A DNA stretch of 64,000 nucleotides from Cytophagales bacterium (lineage in GTDB: Bacteria; Bacteroidota; Bacteroidia; Cytophagales; JAHDFW01): the NCBI GenBank assembly GCA_020627945.1, contig JAHDFW010000003.1:7599-71598 (forward strand). The letters are read 5' to 3'. The notes under the pieces are model-generated. The model worked only from the letters and a program-made list of their open reading frames with translations, had not been told where the DNA came from and ran no database searches. Numbering within the stretch: the first letter of the stretch is position 1; each line of letters begins with the position of its first letter. Both the position numbers and the translations under genes were made by a program. This document shows positions 1 to 10,527 of the stretch, in pieces.

Positions 1-31
1 AGATATTAAACAAAGCTCGGCTTAGCAATAT

Positions 32-748
32 TTATTTTCTTTTCAGCACCTCTATCTCCTTTTCAGTAAGCATTCTGTATTTTCCACGTGGTAGATTCTT
101 TTTAGTTAGTCCAGCAAAAGTAACTCGATCCAGCCCTTTTACTTCGTAACCAAAGTGCTCAAATATTCTACGAACAATTCTGTTTCTACCACTGTGAATT
201 TCAATTCCAGCTATCCTTTTGTCCTGAGGATCCATAGCTAGATCATCAGACTTAATGAAACCATCCTCCAATTCTACTCCTATCGATATTTTCTCGGCAT
301 CCTCCTTAAAGAGTGGCTTATCCAAAGTCACTTTATATATCTTTGGAATGTTTGTGGACGGATGTGTAAGTCGATTAGCCAAATCTCCATCATTCGTAAA
401 TAACAAAAGCCCCGAGGTATTCCTATCCAATCTCCCAACTGGAAAAATACGTTCAGGTGTTGCTCTTTTAACCAAATCCATTACCGTCTTACGTCCTTCT
501 GGATCTTTCAGAGTTGTTATAAAGCCCTTTGGTTTATTCAACAGTACATAAACGGGTTTTTGCCCTTTTAGAGGTTTACCATCCAGTGTGACTTTATCTT
601 GATGCGAAACTTTAACACCCAGTTCGGTTACTACCTTACCATTAATTTTTATTCTTCCGCTTGCAATAATGTTGTCAGCCTCTCTTCGAGAACAAACACC
701 AGAATTAGCAATAAATTTATTCAGGCGAACGCCGTTTGAGTCTGACAT
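32..748 (-). CDS. Pseudouridine synthase, RluB/RsuA family (S4 domain)
   Basis: N-terminal S4 motif (RLNKFIANSGVCSRREADNIIASGRIKING) and catalytic motif (IFPVGRLDRNTSGLLLFTNDGDL). Directly downstream of scpB on the same strand, a common arrangement. Confidence 0.93.
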   Translation of the reverse strand: MSDSNGVRLNKFIANSGVCSRREADNIIASGRIKINGKVVTELGVKVSHQDKVTLDGKPLKGQKPVYVLLNKPKGFITTLKDPEGRKTVMDLVKRATPERIFPVGRLDRNTSGLLLFTNDGDLANRLTHPSTNIPKIYKVTLDKPLFKEDAEKISIGVELEDGFIKSDDLAMDPQDKRIAGIEIHSGRNRIVRRIFEHFGYEVKGLDRVTFAGLTKKNLPRGKYRMLTEKEIEVLKRK

Positions 749-780
749 GATTATTTAATAAGTAAGATAATTAGGAAAAC

Positions 781-1344
781 TTAAGCTTCGTTCTCCTTTC
801 CAATTTGATTCTCCTCAACTATGAAGTCTTTCAACTGTGGTAATTCCTCCAGACTATTTATGCCGAAGTAATCCATAAACTTCTCGTTGGTTCCATATAA
901 CATTGGGCGTCCGATCGAATCTGATTTTCCTTTTATCTCGACCAAATCCTTTTCGAGAAGCTTTTGTACTGCATAATCGCAATTTACACCTCGAATTTGT
1001 TCAATCTGCCCCTTTGTTACTGGTTGTTTGTAGGCAATAATTGCCAATGTTTCTAAGGCAGAAGTGGATAATTTCTTTTTGGATCTCTGTTTTAAGAGTA
1101 CACTTATACTAGCCTGATAGGCTGGCTTGGTCAAAAATTGGTATCCACCTCCACTTTCAACTACCTCAAATGGGTAGTTATCATCTTTGTATTTCTCTAA
1201 AATAGAAGCAACAGCCTCTTCAATATCTTTATTTTTCACTTCAGATTCTATAGTTTCCATCATGCAATCCTGAAGTTCCTTAATCGAAACAGGCTCTTGA
1301 TTGCAAAAGATAAGGGCTTCTATATGTGACTGTAAATGATCCAA
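781..1344 (-). CDS. scpB: Segregation and condensation protein B
   Basis: IEALIFCNQEPVS..., STSALETLAIIAYKQPVTKGQIEQIRG and GRPMLYGTNEKFMDYFGI are characteristic ScpB motifs. Confidence 0.93.
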   Translation of the reverse strand: MDHLQSHIEALIFCNQEPVSIKELQDCMMETIESEVKNKDIEEAVASILEKYKDDNYPFEVVESGGGYQFLTKPAYQASISVLLKQRSKKKLSTSALETLAIIAYKQPVTKGQIEQIRGVNCDYAVQKLLEKDLVEIKGKSDSIGRPMLYGTNEKFMDYFGINSLEELPQLKDFIVEENQIGKENEA

Positions 1345-1359
1345 AGATATTAACGGTTA

Positions 1360-1722
1360 TTAACCTCTATTTTGTTTAGCTTCAATACTGTGCTGCGTGT
1401 GAGGCACAGCTTTAAGTCTTTCTTTTTGGATCAACTTACCCGTATCGATACATACTCCGTAAGTTCCATTTTTAATTCTCAACAAAGCATTTTCCAAGTT
1501 TCTTACGAATTTTGCTTGACGCTCCATTAATTGAATTAAACGTTGCTTTTCCAAAGTTGCAGCACCATCCTCCAATACTTTGGCATTCTGTTTTACAGAA
1601 TCACCTTCTAAAGAATTTCTAGCACTTTTTAGCTCTTTTTGAGCAACCTCAAGCTTTGCTAAAATCATTTCTTCGAATTCTTTTAACTCGCTTTCTGAAT
1701 ATCGTTTCTTTTCACTCATCAC
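1360..1722 (-). CDS. TraR/DksA-family protein with degenerate zinc finger
   Basis: Coiled N-terminus plus NGTYGVCIDTGKLIQKERLKAVPHTQHSIEAK, which matches the DksA-like C-terminus. Most of the C4 cysteines are absent. Confidence 0.85.
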   Translation of the reverse strand: MMSEKKRYSESELKEFEEMILAKLEVAQKELKSARNSLEGDSVKQNAKVLEDGAATLEKQRLIQLMERQAKFVRNLENALLRIKNGTYGVCIDTGKLIQKERLKAVPHTQHSIEAKQNRG

Positions 1723-1797
1723 ATTAATAAATTATATATATTATCACACTATACTGTGCTTGTGAATTTTTGTTGCAAAAATAACGGAAATTTTTTC

Positions 1798-4011
1798 TTA
1801 ATCAAGTAACACTAGTTTTCTACTTATACTGGTTTCCAACTCATTAAATATCTTAATAACGTAGATTCCAGCAGGTTGGTTTACTAAATCCAACTGATTA
1901 CTACCTGTTTGTAATTCTTTAGTAAGAATAATTTTACCTACAGCATCATATAAAACCACTTTCCCAAAAGCAGAATTAGCTAACTCAATATTTACAAAGC
2001 CATGCGAAGGATTAGGATAAATCTGAACTTGACGATCATATAAAGTTTCGGCTACATTCAAATTAGAATCTGATTCGTTCTTACAGAAGATTAGTCCTCC
2101 TCGATACATTCCACAAACAATATCTACAAAACTGTCGCCATCAAGATCATGCATTGCTGGTACAATTCGTCGTCCAAAATTCATGTCCCCTAACGCATTG
2201 GTTTTATCGTTATAAAAAGCATCATCTATTGCATAGATTGTATCATTGCTCCAGGTGTTTTCGAAATCCGAATAAAACTTCACCCCTTCTGAATAGGTAC
2301 CAAGCACCAAATCCATTTTACCATCGCGAGTAAAATCAATGATCCTTGGCACCGTATACCCAGCATTAATGGTTGGATCCGAAATATAAACACCTGCCAG
2401 TGTATCGGTAATAAGTGCAAAACTTGGAAAACTCGAATCCCCTTGATTTTCAAAATAATTGAGGTTCCCGTTTCTTTCACCTGCAATTAAATCAAGATCT
2501 CCATCGCGATCCAAATCATACAGGCATGGGGCAGCATTAGAGCCAACATCCAACCCTCCAAAATTTAAAGAGTCTAAAACGAAATCCGCCGGTTGCCCAG
2601 CAGCAGCCTGATTGATAAACAAGATGAATTTTCCAGATTGTTCTCCCACCAGCATGTCTAGGTCACCATCGCCATCTAAATCTCCAAAAGATGGTATCGC
2701 ATTAGTTATTTCATGTTGTGCAGTAGAAGCAAAATCACGGTTCTTTAATTCAAACTCTGGATTAGTAGATGTGCCTATGTTTTCTACAAGACCCAAGCTT
2801 ATTTGAGAGACGTCTGAGCTTGTTCTATATTCGAAGTTACCAACCACCAGATCTAGATCACCGTCAAGATCATAATCAATAAATTCAGGAGCCGCTCCTG
2901 CACCAAATTCAAACGTTTCACCAATTAAAAACTGATTGGTTTGATAACTGAATGTAGGGTTATCATCTTCTCCTGTATTTTTATACCAAAGAATATGTTC
3001 GAAATTCTTTCCTCCAACCTCGGCTCCCTCATTTGGAGCAACTACCAAATCACGTTTTTGATCGAAATCAACATCTATATAGTAGGAAGCATCATAAATG
3101 TACATATTAACTGGCTTAGAGCTTGGAAACGAATCCGTAACAAGATCCATGATAGCATTAGACGTATCGTTCCCATTTCTTAAAAAAACGAGATTAGAAG
3201 CAGAAATATCTCCTAAAACCAAATCCATATCATTGTCTCCATCATCATCATATATCATCAATGAAGAACCGGCATGTACACCAGATCTATTCTCGAATAC
3301 TACGTCATCAAACGGATTTGCAATTTGACCTCCACAATCGTCACCAAGAGTAATATCATTACTTAACCCTCCTTCTTTAAAGTCACCCCAACATTTGGTA
3401 TCCAAGATGAATGATAATTCGTCGCAATCCAATCCGTTTTCAACCCTCTGGTTTCTATAATAAATTACATAAGAACCTCCTGCGTCAAAAGTTAAAATAT
3501 CTAGGTCTCCATCCTGATCTACATCATCAATTGCAGGTACATCAGAAAATGGAATTAAAATGCTTGAACCTTCCGCTGTCAATGCTGCTGATACTTTTTC
3601 AAAACTAATATTGGATCCATTTGAGGTGTTTTTATATAAAGCTACGCTAGATAAACTATAGGTGAAAATATCATTCTTGCCATCACAGTTATAATCCCTC
3701 AATACAACCCAACCAATTAAATCAGGAAATAAATCCTGATATCCATGAGCATAGGTCCACTTATTATTATCATCTATGAAAATAGAAATGGTATTATCAT
3801 ACTTGTCAAATACAAACAAATCCTTCTTACCATCTCCATTTACATCAATTCTACCAAACTGAGGTGCTTGAAAGGCTCCAAACCATGGATTATCATACGA
3901 GTTGTTGATTTCTTTAACTGGAATAGACCCATCGTATACGAAACCAAGTTTTTGTGCTGATGCGAATAGGGAAATTATCAGTCCACAAATAACCAGAGTA
4001 AACTTTTTCAT
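1798..4011 (-). CDS. Secreted FG-GAP/VCBS-repeat protein with type IX sorting domain
   Basis: Signal peptide MKKFTLVICGLIISLFASAQ. Many DxDxDG-type repeats (DVNGDGKKD, DLDGDGDLD, DRDGDLDLIAG). C-terminal QIYPNPSHGFVNIE...AGIYVIKIF. The upstream MYIYV in the ORF track is probably not the start. Confidence 0.88.
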   Translation of the reverse strand: MKKFTLVICGLIISLFASAQKLGFVYDGSIPVKEINNSYDNPWFGAFQAPQFGRIDVNGDGKKDLFVFDKYDNTISIFIDDNNKWTYAHGYQDLFPDLIGWVVLRDYNCDGKNDIFTYSLSSVALYKNTSNGSNISFEKVSAALTAEGSSILIPFSDVPAIDDVDQDGDLDILTFDAGGSYVIYYRNQRVENGLDCDELSFILDTKCWGDFKEGGLSNDITLGDDCGGQIANPFDDVVFENRSGVHAGSSLMIYDDDGDNDMDLVLGDISASNLVFLRNGNDTSNAIMDLVTDSFPSSKPVNMYIYDASYYIDVDFDQKRDLVVAPNEGAEVGGKNFEHILWYKNTGEDDNPTFSYQTNQFLIGETFEFGAGAAPEFIDYDLDGDLDLVVGNFEYRTSSDVSQISLGLVENIGTSTNPEFELKNRDFASTAQHEITNAIPSFGDLDGDGDLDMLVGEQSGKFILFINQAAAGQPADFVLDSLNFGGLDVGSNAAPCLYDLDRDGDLDLIAGERNGNLNYFENQGDSSFPSFALITDTLAGVYISDPTINAGYTVPRIIDFTRDGKMDLVLGTYSEGVKFYSDFENTWSNDTIYAIDDAFYNDKTNALGDMNFGRRIVPAMHDLDGDSFVDIVCGMYRGGLIFCKNESDSNLNVAETLYDRQVQIYPNPSHGFVNIELANSAFGKVVLYDAVGKIILTKELQTGSNQLDLVNQPAGIYVIKIFNELETSISRKLVLLD

Positions 4012-4023
4012 AACATAAATATA

Positions 4024-4058
4024 CAAAAAAAGGGAGTAAGAAAACTCTTACTCCCTTT
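4024..4058 (-). terminator. Rho-independent terminator downstream of sucD
   Basis: Perfect 12-bp stem AAAGGGAGTAAG / CTTACTCCCTTT with a 6-nt loop; on the minus strand it is followed by TTTTTTG. Confidence 0.8.
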
Positions 4059-4091
4059 CAACGATTTTTTATTCGTATTAGTTTATTACGA

Positions 4092-4961
4092 CTAACCCAA
4101 TACTTTGGCCATAGTTTCACCAATCTCAGCTGGTGACTCTACTACATGAATACCACACTCTGCCATAATCTTCATCTTAGCTTCTGCAGTATCATCTGCT
4201 CCACCAATAATTGCTCCTGCATGTCCCATACGCTTTCCAGCTGGTGCAGTTTGCCCCGCGATAAATCCAACTACAGGCTTTGTTCCATTTTCTTTAATCC
4301 AATGAGCAGCATCTGCTTCCATTTGACCTCCAATTTCACCAATCATAACGATTGCATCAGTATCAGGGTCATTCATGAATAACTCGACTGCATCTTTAGT
4401 ACTTGTTCCAATAATTGGATCTCCTCCAATTCCGATAGCAGTACTTTGTCCTAATCCGGCTTTAGTCAATTGATCCACAGCCTCGTAAGTAAGTGTACCA
4501 GACTTAGAAACAATACCAACTCGTCCTTCCTTGAAGATAAATGCTGGCATAATTCCAACTTTAGCACCACCTGGAGTCATTACACCTGGGCAGTTAGGAC
4601 CGATTAGACGACAATCTCTATCAGTAATAAATTCCTTTACAGCGATCATATCCTTGGTAGGAATACCTTCAGTAATACAAACGATTACTTTAATTCCACC
4701 ATCTGCTGCCTCCATGATAGCGTCTGCTGCAAATGCAGGTGGCACAAAGATGATAGACACATCTGCACCAGTTTCCGCTACTGCTTCTTTTACTGTGTTA
4801 AAAACTGGTTTACCAAGGTGATCCTTACCGCCTTTACCTGGAGTAACTCCCCCTACTACATTTGATCCGTAATCAATCATTTGTCCGGCATGAAAACTTC
4901 CTTCAGAACCAGTAAAACCTTGTACTATAATCTTTGAATTCTTATCAACTAAAACGCTCAT
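4092..4961 (-). CDS. sucD: Succinyl-CoA ligase (ADP-forming) alpha subunit
   Basis: [50 protein letters not shown] and [18 protein letters not shown]. Confidence 0.97.
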   Translation of the reverse strand: MSVLVDKNSKIIVQGFTGSEGSFHAGQMIDYGSNVVGGVTPGKGGKDHLGKPVFNTVKEAVAETGADVSIIFVPPAFAADAIMEAADGGIKVIVCITEGIPTKDMIAVKEFITDRDCRLIGPNCPGVMTPGGAKVGIMPAFIFKEGRVGIVSKSGTLTYEAVDQLTKAGLGQSTAIGIGGDPIIGTSTKDAVELFMNDPDTDAIVMIGEIGGQMEADAAHWIKENGTKPVVGFIAGQTAPAGKRMGHAGAIIGGADDTAEAKMKIMAECGIHVVESPAEIGETMAKVLG

Positions 4962-5337
4962 GGTATCTTATTTAATTTTTCCACAAATGTAATTTTTTTT
5001 ATGACTTTCGCAAAGCATTTCAGTCGAACCTTAAGTTAGATCTACCCGAAAATCTAGGGAAGAAGGTCATTGTTCTTTTATTTTATGGTCTAATATTAAA
5101 AGAGAAAATTGAAATCAAAAACCTGAAAACGATCTGAATATATATTAAGACCCATTTTTCAGGTTTCTGGTTAAAGATTTCACATTTTATCGATTGCTCT
5201 TATAATGAAGAAAAAGTACTGAAATGTGGTTTCTCCGTAAAAATTATAGTTACCCCTTTAAGTTCTACTCAGGAAAAAATATAAATTCAAGATCATCCAC
5301 CAATTTCTTGTATTTTTGCGAGCTAGATTTCTGCTTT

Positions 5338-8145
5338 ATGGGAAGAAAAAATAAGGATATTGATCAACTTGATGCCAGAGAGTTCATTGTGGTAAAAAAT
5401 GCCCGTGTAAACAACCTGAAAAACTTATCGGTTGCCATTCCTCGAAATAAACTTGTGGTAGTAACTGGAGTGTCCGGATCTGGAAAATCTTCACTTGCTT
5501 TTGACACCTTGTTCGCTGAAGGACAACGGATGTATGTTGAAAGTCTAAGTTCATATGCACGTCAGTTTCTTAGTCGAATGGACAAGCCTGAAGTGGATTA
5601 TATCAAAGGTATTTCTCCAGCAATTGCCATCGAACAGAAAGTTAACACCTCTAACTCTCGTTCAACCGTTGGGACTTCTACAGAAATTTACGATTATTTA
5701 AAACTTCTTTTTGCCCGAGTAGGTAAAACATATTCACCAATATCTGGCAACGAGGTCAAAAAAAATAGTGTAAGCGATGTTGTCGATTTCATATTTGATC
5801 AAAAACCAGGAGGTAAAGCTTTTATAGTGGCTCCATTAGTTCAGACCGAAAAGCGACCTATTCGGAAGGAACTGGAAATTCTAATGCAAAAAGGTTTTGC
5901 TAGGATTTACCACAAGGGATCAATGGAGTTTATTGAAGATTTTCAACCAAAAGGTGTAAATATTGAAGATATCGAGGTACTTATTGATCGGGTAATTATT
6001 CCAGAAGAAAGAAGTGAGGAAATGGAATTCAGGCTTTCCGATTCCGTTCAAACAGCACTCATTGAAGGCTTAGGTACTTGTGTTCTTATTTTAGACGGTA
6101 ACAAAAGAACAAATTTTACAGATCGGTTCGAATTGGATGATATGGAATTCGAAGAACCTACCGTAAACTTCTTTACTTTCAACAATCCTTACGGAGCATG
6201 TAAAACTTGTGAAGGTTTTGGTCAGGTCTTAGGGTTGGATTATGATCTTATATTTCCGGACCATTCTTTATCGGTATATGAAGGAGCTATTGCACCTTGG
6301 CGCACTGAAAAAATGAATGCTTGGCTTCAGCCATTACTGAAAAATGGAATTAAATTCGATTTCCCAATCCATCGTGCGTATATGGATCTAACGGATCAAG
6401 AAAAGCAAATTCTATGGGAAGGAAACGAATACTTTGAAGGTTTAAATGCATTCTTCAAAGAAGTTGAAGCCAATTTGTACAAAATTCAATATCGGGTAAT
6501 GTACTCTCGTTATCGTGGACGTACTGTTTGTCATGATTGCAAAGGAAGTCGACTTAGAAAAGATGCCCAATACGTTAAAGTTGGTGAGAAAACAATTACT
6601 GATATAGTATTAATGCCAATATCAGAATCATTGGGATTCTTCGAAAACCTAAAACTTAAGTCAAATGAACTTAAAATTGCTGATCGTATTTTAGCAGAAT
6701 TAAGGATGAGACTAAGTTATCTAAATCGTGTAGGATTGGGGTATCTAACACTTAATAGATTATCTAATACTCTATCTGGAGGTGAAACTCAGAGAATCAA
6801 CCTGGCTACTTCTCTTGGGAGTGCCCTTGTAGGCTCTATGTACATCCTAGATGAACCTAGTATTGGGTTGCATCCAAAAGATGCTAAAACACTCGTAGGA
6901 GTGCTTAGATCACTTCAAAAATTAGGTAACACCGTAGTAGTTGTTGAGCATGACGAGGAAACAATGCAAGCCGCTGATGAAATCATAGATATTGGTCCCG
7001 AAGCAGGCATGTTAGGAGGAACATTGAATTTTCAAGGAACATTTGACCAACTTGTCAAGAATGATAAAGAAACACTAACTGGAAAGTATTTACGAGGGGA
7101 ATTAAAGATCGAAGTACCTGAGCATCGTAGAAAACCTATCAACTTTATTGAAATTCTAGGAGCTTCTGAGAATAACCTTAGAAACATAGATGTCAAAATC
7201 CCGTTAAATGCTCTTACATTAGTAACTGGTGTAAGTGGCTCTGGTAAGTCATCACTAATTAAAAAAATTCTTTATCCTCATCTTGCTAAAAGTTTTGGAT
7301 TGGGGTCAAATGATAGCCCTGGCAAGCACAAAGAAATAAAGGGTAGCCTAAACCTTATTGAGCATGTTGAGTTTATTGATCAGAACCCCATAGGAAAATC
7401 TTCTAGATCCAATCCTGTAACTTACACGAAAGCATATGATGAAATTCGGAGCTTAATGGTAGCGCAACCAGTTGCAAAAGCTCAGAGTTATAAATCATCC
7501 CATTTTTCATTTAACGTTGAGGGAGGACGTTGTGAAGTTTGCAAAGGAGAAGGAGTAACCACTGTGGAGATGCAATTTATGGCGGATATTCAACTGCAAT
7601 GCGAAGCATGTTTAGGCAAACGTTTTAAAGACAACATCCTTGAGGTAACCTATAAAGGAAAGAACATCGCGGATATACTTGACATGACTGTAAATCAAAG
7701 TCTAGAGTTCTTCGAGGGTAAAAAGAAAATTTGTGACAAACTACAGCCTCTTAGTGATGTGGGGTTGGGCTATATAAAACTAGGACAAGCTTCATCTACA
7801 TTAAGCGGAGGGGAAGCGCAGAGAGTAAAACTTGCGACTTTTTTAAATAAGAAAAACTCTGATAAGAAAATCCTCTTCCTTTTTGATGAACCATCTACAG
7901 GGTTACACTTCCATGATATCGCAAAACTTATGATATCTATCAATTCGTTGGTTGCTTTAGGGCACACCGTAGTTATTATCGAACATAACCTTGATATAAT
8001 TAAATGTGCGGATTACATTATAGACCTAGGGCCTGATGGTGGTACTGGAGGTGGTCAACTAATTTTTCAAGGAACTCCTGAAGATTTAATTGCGAATCAT
8101 ATAAAAGACAGCTATACAGCTCAATTTTTGCAAGATAAAATCTAA
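5338..8145 (+). CDS. uvrA: UvrA-family excinuclease ABC subunit A (paralog type not resolved)
   Basis: Two ABC modules: Walker [16 protein letters not shown] and [14 protein letters not shown]; signatures [12 protein letters not shown] and [12 protein letters not shown]; zinc-module motifs [17 protein letters not shown] and CEVCKGEG...CEACLGKRF. The ORF track begins at 5224, but MGRKNKD at 5338 is the likelier start. Confidence 0.93.
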   Translation: MGRKNKDIDQLDAREFIVVKNARVNNLKNLSVAIPRNKLVVVTGVSGSGKSSLAFDTLFAEGQRMYVESLSSYARQFLSRMDKPEVDYIKGISPAIAIEQKVNTSNSRSTVGTSTEIYDYLKLLFARVGKTYSPISGNEVKKNSVSDVVDFIFDQKPGGKAFIVAPLVQTEKRPIRKELEILMQKGFARIYHKGSMEFIEDFQPKGVNIEDIEVLIDRVIIPEERSEEMEFRLSDSVQTALIEGLGTCVLILDGNKRTNFTDRFELDDMEFEEPTVNFFTFNNPYGACKTCEGFGQVLGLDYDLIFPDHSLSVYEGAIAPWRTEKMNAWLQPLLKNGIKFDFPIHRAYMDLTDQEKQILWEGNEYFEGLNAFFKEVEANLYKIQYRVMYSRYRGRTVCHDCKGSRLRKDAQYVKVGEKTITDIVLMPISESLGFFENLKLKSNELKIADRILAELRMRLSYLNRVGLGYLTLNRLSNTLSGGETQRINLATSLGSALVGSMYILDEPSIGLHPKDAKTLVGVLRSLQKLGNTVVVVEHDEETMQAADEIIDIGPEAGMLGGTLNFQGTFDQLVKNDKETLTGKYLRGELKIEVPEHRRKPINFIEILGASENNLRNIDVKIPLNALTLVTGVSGSGKSSLIKKILYPHLAKSFGLGSNDSPGKHKEIKGSLNLIEHVEFIDQNPIGKSSRSNPVTYTKAYDEIRSLMVAQPVAKAQSYKSSHFSFNVEGGRCEVCKGEGVTTVEMQFMADIQLQCEACLGKRFKDNILEVTYKGKNIADILDMTVNQSLEFFEGKKKICDKLQPLSDVGLGYIKLGQASSTLSGGEAQRVKLATFLNKKNSDKKILFLFDEPSTGLHFHDIAKLMISINSLVALGHTVVIIEHNLDIIKCADYIIDLGPDGGTGGGQLIFQGTPEDLIANHIKDSYTAQFLQDKI

Positions 8146-8170
8146 ATATACTTTATATTGATAGGCACAA

Positions 8171-8204
8171 AAAAAAGCCAGCTAAGTTTCTTAGCTGGCT
8201 TTTT
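8171..8204. terminator. Bidirectional rho-independent terminator between convergent genes
   Basis: AAAAAAGCCAGCTAA-gtttc-TTAGCTGGCTTTTT lies between the convergent uvrA (+) and ppiD-like (-) genes. Confidence 0.85.
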
Positions 8205-8223
8205 ACCTTTAATATATTTAACA

Positions 8224-10368
8224 CTAATAGTGCTTATATCTTGTATCTTCAATATCCATTAAGTCATTTAAGGTTTGGAATGCTACACCAGTAGAACGCC
8301 CCTCAACAGCACTCAACACAGAAGATTTTTCAATAGTATAATCTTCTTTTTCAGCTGCTTCAGTTAAGGCAATCATCTCAACCACAAGAATTCCATTATC
8401 AGTCTCAATAGTACCAGATCTTTCACCGTTACCTAGACCAAACAATGCACCAACACCTTCAGGTGCTAATCCAGCATCTTTAATACTAGAACTGTTCAAC
8501 TTAAGTGCGTTTGTAGTTCCTGTTTTTGCGTTTGCTCCAAACTGAGATACTATTGATCCGAAATCAGCATTAGCATCTAATTTTTCTTTGATGTATTTAG
8601 CCTTTTCAATATTTGTCACTTTGCTTGTTACTTCCTGTCTAACCATATCCAGATTAGGCATATTCTCTTCAGAGCTTCCTGTAACCGTTGCTACCACATA
8701 AGCATCTTCCAAACTCATAATATTAGAAATTTCGTTTTCCATTCCATTTCTAAATGCCCATTGAACTACAGTTCTTCCATCTTTCAATCCAACCAAACGA
8801 CTATCCATAGCTGTTAATGGTTGTGAAGTAAACTTTTTTGCAGCATTGGAAGAATCGGCCTTAGCAATAAACGCATCACGTGTGCTTGCATCCGCCAAAA
8901 AGTCTCCTACTTTGCGATATGCATCATCCTTAGTATCCTCTCCAGCGAAAATCGCACGTTGTATCTTACCAATTACAAAACTATTGTTGTTTTTAGGTTC
9001 TGTTACATTAATTAAGTGATATCCAAATCTTGTTTCAATGATATCATTCACCAAACCTGTTCCATTCTTTGCAAAAACAGCTTCGTTGAATGCAGGAACC
9101 ATACGTCCTTCTGAGAACCACCCCAAATCACCACCGTTCCCAGCATTAGATTTATCTGTACTATGTACCTTGGCCATCTCACCAAAATCCTCACCTCTTT
9201 TAATACTATCTAAGATGGATCTAGCTTTAGACTTAGCAGAAGCCTTATCCTCATCACTTTCAGTATCCCATTTAATCAAAATATGACTGGCCTTAACCGA
9301 ATAGATTGTATCCTCAAAAGAATCAACTACCTTATATACAACGTAATTTCCTCCTTCCAAAATAGGGTCTGTTACATATCCTTTTTCAACACTTGCTAAA
9401 CTCTTTAATGCTAAAGGCAATTCATCAGCTCTACGCTTAGTAGGAATTTCACTTTCATCAGAATACTGATCTATAAACATAGTGTCCTTATCGCTTTCCT
9501 GAAATTCTCCTTTAAGTTCTTCCATTTCTTCCTTTGCAGCTAACGTATCTTGTGCAGATGGCAACACATCGAATACTACATAGTCAATTGTACGTGTTGC
9601 AGGCTTCTCGTAACGCTTTAAGTTCTTTGCAAGATAATCAGACAACATATTATCATTAACTTCTACTAAAGAATCTGCAATTGCGTAATAAGGAACGTAA
9701 GCATATTTAATATTTGCTTGAGAAGAAGTTGCTACATGATTACGCTTTGCCTCAGCTGACGTAACATAAGTAGATTTACCAATTAGACCGGTGAACTTCT
9801 CTTGAAGTCTCATATCTTCTAACTGCTTCTTAAATCCAATCCACATATTTTTACGTGATTCAAACTCTTGATCACTGATATTCTGTCCTTGTGGTTTTTC
9901 ATCGCTTTCTACAGCAGTAATGTATGATAATAATTGATTCTTATCGAATTGCTGCGTTGTAGGATTTACGAAAGACTGCATAATCGAAGAGTGGATATTA
10001 TTACCCGCTATCATATCATCTTTTTCCTCCTTAGAGATTGATAATCCTAAGTCACCCATTGCAGGCTTATAAGCATGCTTATACAACAATCTGTTCCAAG
10101 CTTCATCTTGCAGTTGCTTAACTTGATCTTCTTTTACCTCTAATCCCGTACGATCGAAGTATTGCTGTGAAAGCATGTTAATTTCATCTTGCATTTCGTA
10201 TTGCGGAACTGCTCTACCATTAATTTCACCGACATTATTGTCAGATAAATCTGGTCCTCCAGAACATTGAGTTAGCATTTTATCTCCTGCAATGAACGCT
10301 ACCATACTTATACCTACGAATGCTATTGCAATCCAGGACTTTTGACGTATTGTATTTATTAGTGCCAT
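8224..10368 (-). CDS. Membrane-anchored peptidyl-prolyl cis-trans isomerase, PpiD/SurA-like
   Basis: N-terminal TM (MALINTIRQKSWIAIAFVGISMVAFI), SurA_N-like region, and PpiC domain (KASHILIKWD...GEDFGEMAKVHSTDKSNAGNGGDLGWFSEGRMVPAFNEAVF...ETRFGYHLINVTE). Confidence 0.93.
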   Translation of the reverse strand: MALINTIRQKSWIAIAFVGISMVAFIAGDKMLTQCSGGPDLSDNNVGEINGRAVPQYEMQDEINMLSQQYFDRTGLEVKEDQVKQLQDEAWNRLLYKHAYKPAMGDLGLSISKEEKDDMIAGNNIHSSIMQSFVNPTTQQFDKNQLLSYITAVESDEKPQGQNISDQEFESRKNMWIGFKKQLEDMRLQEKFTGLIGKSTYVTSAEAKRNHVATSSQANIKYAYVPYYAIADSLVEVNDNMLSDYLAKNLKRYEKPATRTIDYVVFDVLPSAQDTLAAKEEMEELKGEFQESDKDTMFIDQYSDESEIPTKRRADELPLALKSLASVEKGYVTDPILEGGNYVVYKVVDSFEDTIYSVKASHILIKWDTESDEDKASAKSKARSILDSIKRGEDFGEMAKVHSTDKSNAGNGGDLGWFSEGRMVPAFNEAVFAKNGTGLVNDIIETRFGYHLINVTEPKNNNSFVIGKIQRAIFAGEDTKDDAYRKVGDFLADASTRDAFIAKADSSNAAKKFTSQPLTAMDSRLVGLKDGRTVVQWAFRNGMENEISNIMSLEDAYVVATVTGSSEENMPNLDMVRQEVTSKVTNIEKAKYIKEKLDANADFGSIVSQFGANAKTGTTNALKLNSSSIKDAGLAPEGVGALFGLGNGERSGTIETDNGILVVEMIALTEAAEKEDYTIEKSSVLSAVEGRSTGVAFQTLNDLMDIEDTRYKHY

Positions 10369-10470
10369 ATTCTAATTTTTCAAGTCTGCAAAAATACTTT
10401 AATGAATCATATATCCAAAAGATTAAGGGACTAAAGTGGGGTAAAAAATCACCACAATATATCTAAAAAC

Positions 10471-10498
10471 AAAAAAGGAGCGGTAAACCGCTCCTTTT
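10471..10498 (-). terminator. Rho-independent terminator downstream of the 10.5-14.6 kb gene
   Basis: GGAGCGGT-AA-ACCGCTCC stem flanked by A/T tracts, giving a T-rich run on the minus strand. Confidence 0.8.
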
Positions 10499-10527
10499 AA
10501 ATTCTAAGATTTACTTAATTACTTAAG

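Noticed and set aside
5224-5337. Extra 38 aa at the N-terminus of the UvrA ORF
   Set aside because: AT-rich, non-homologous-looking extension; the standard start fits MGRKNKD at 5338.
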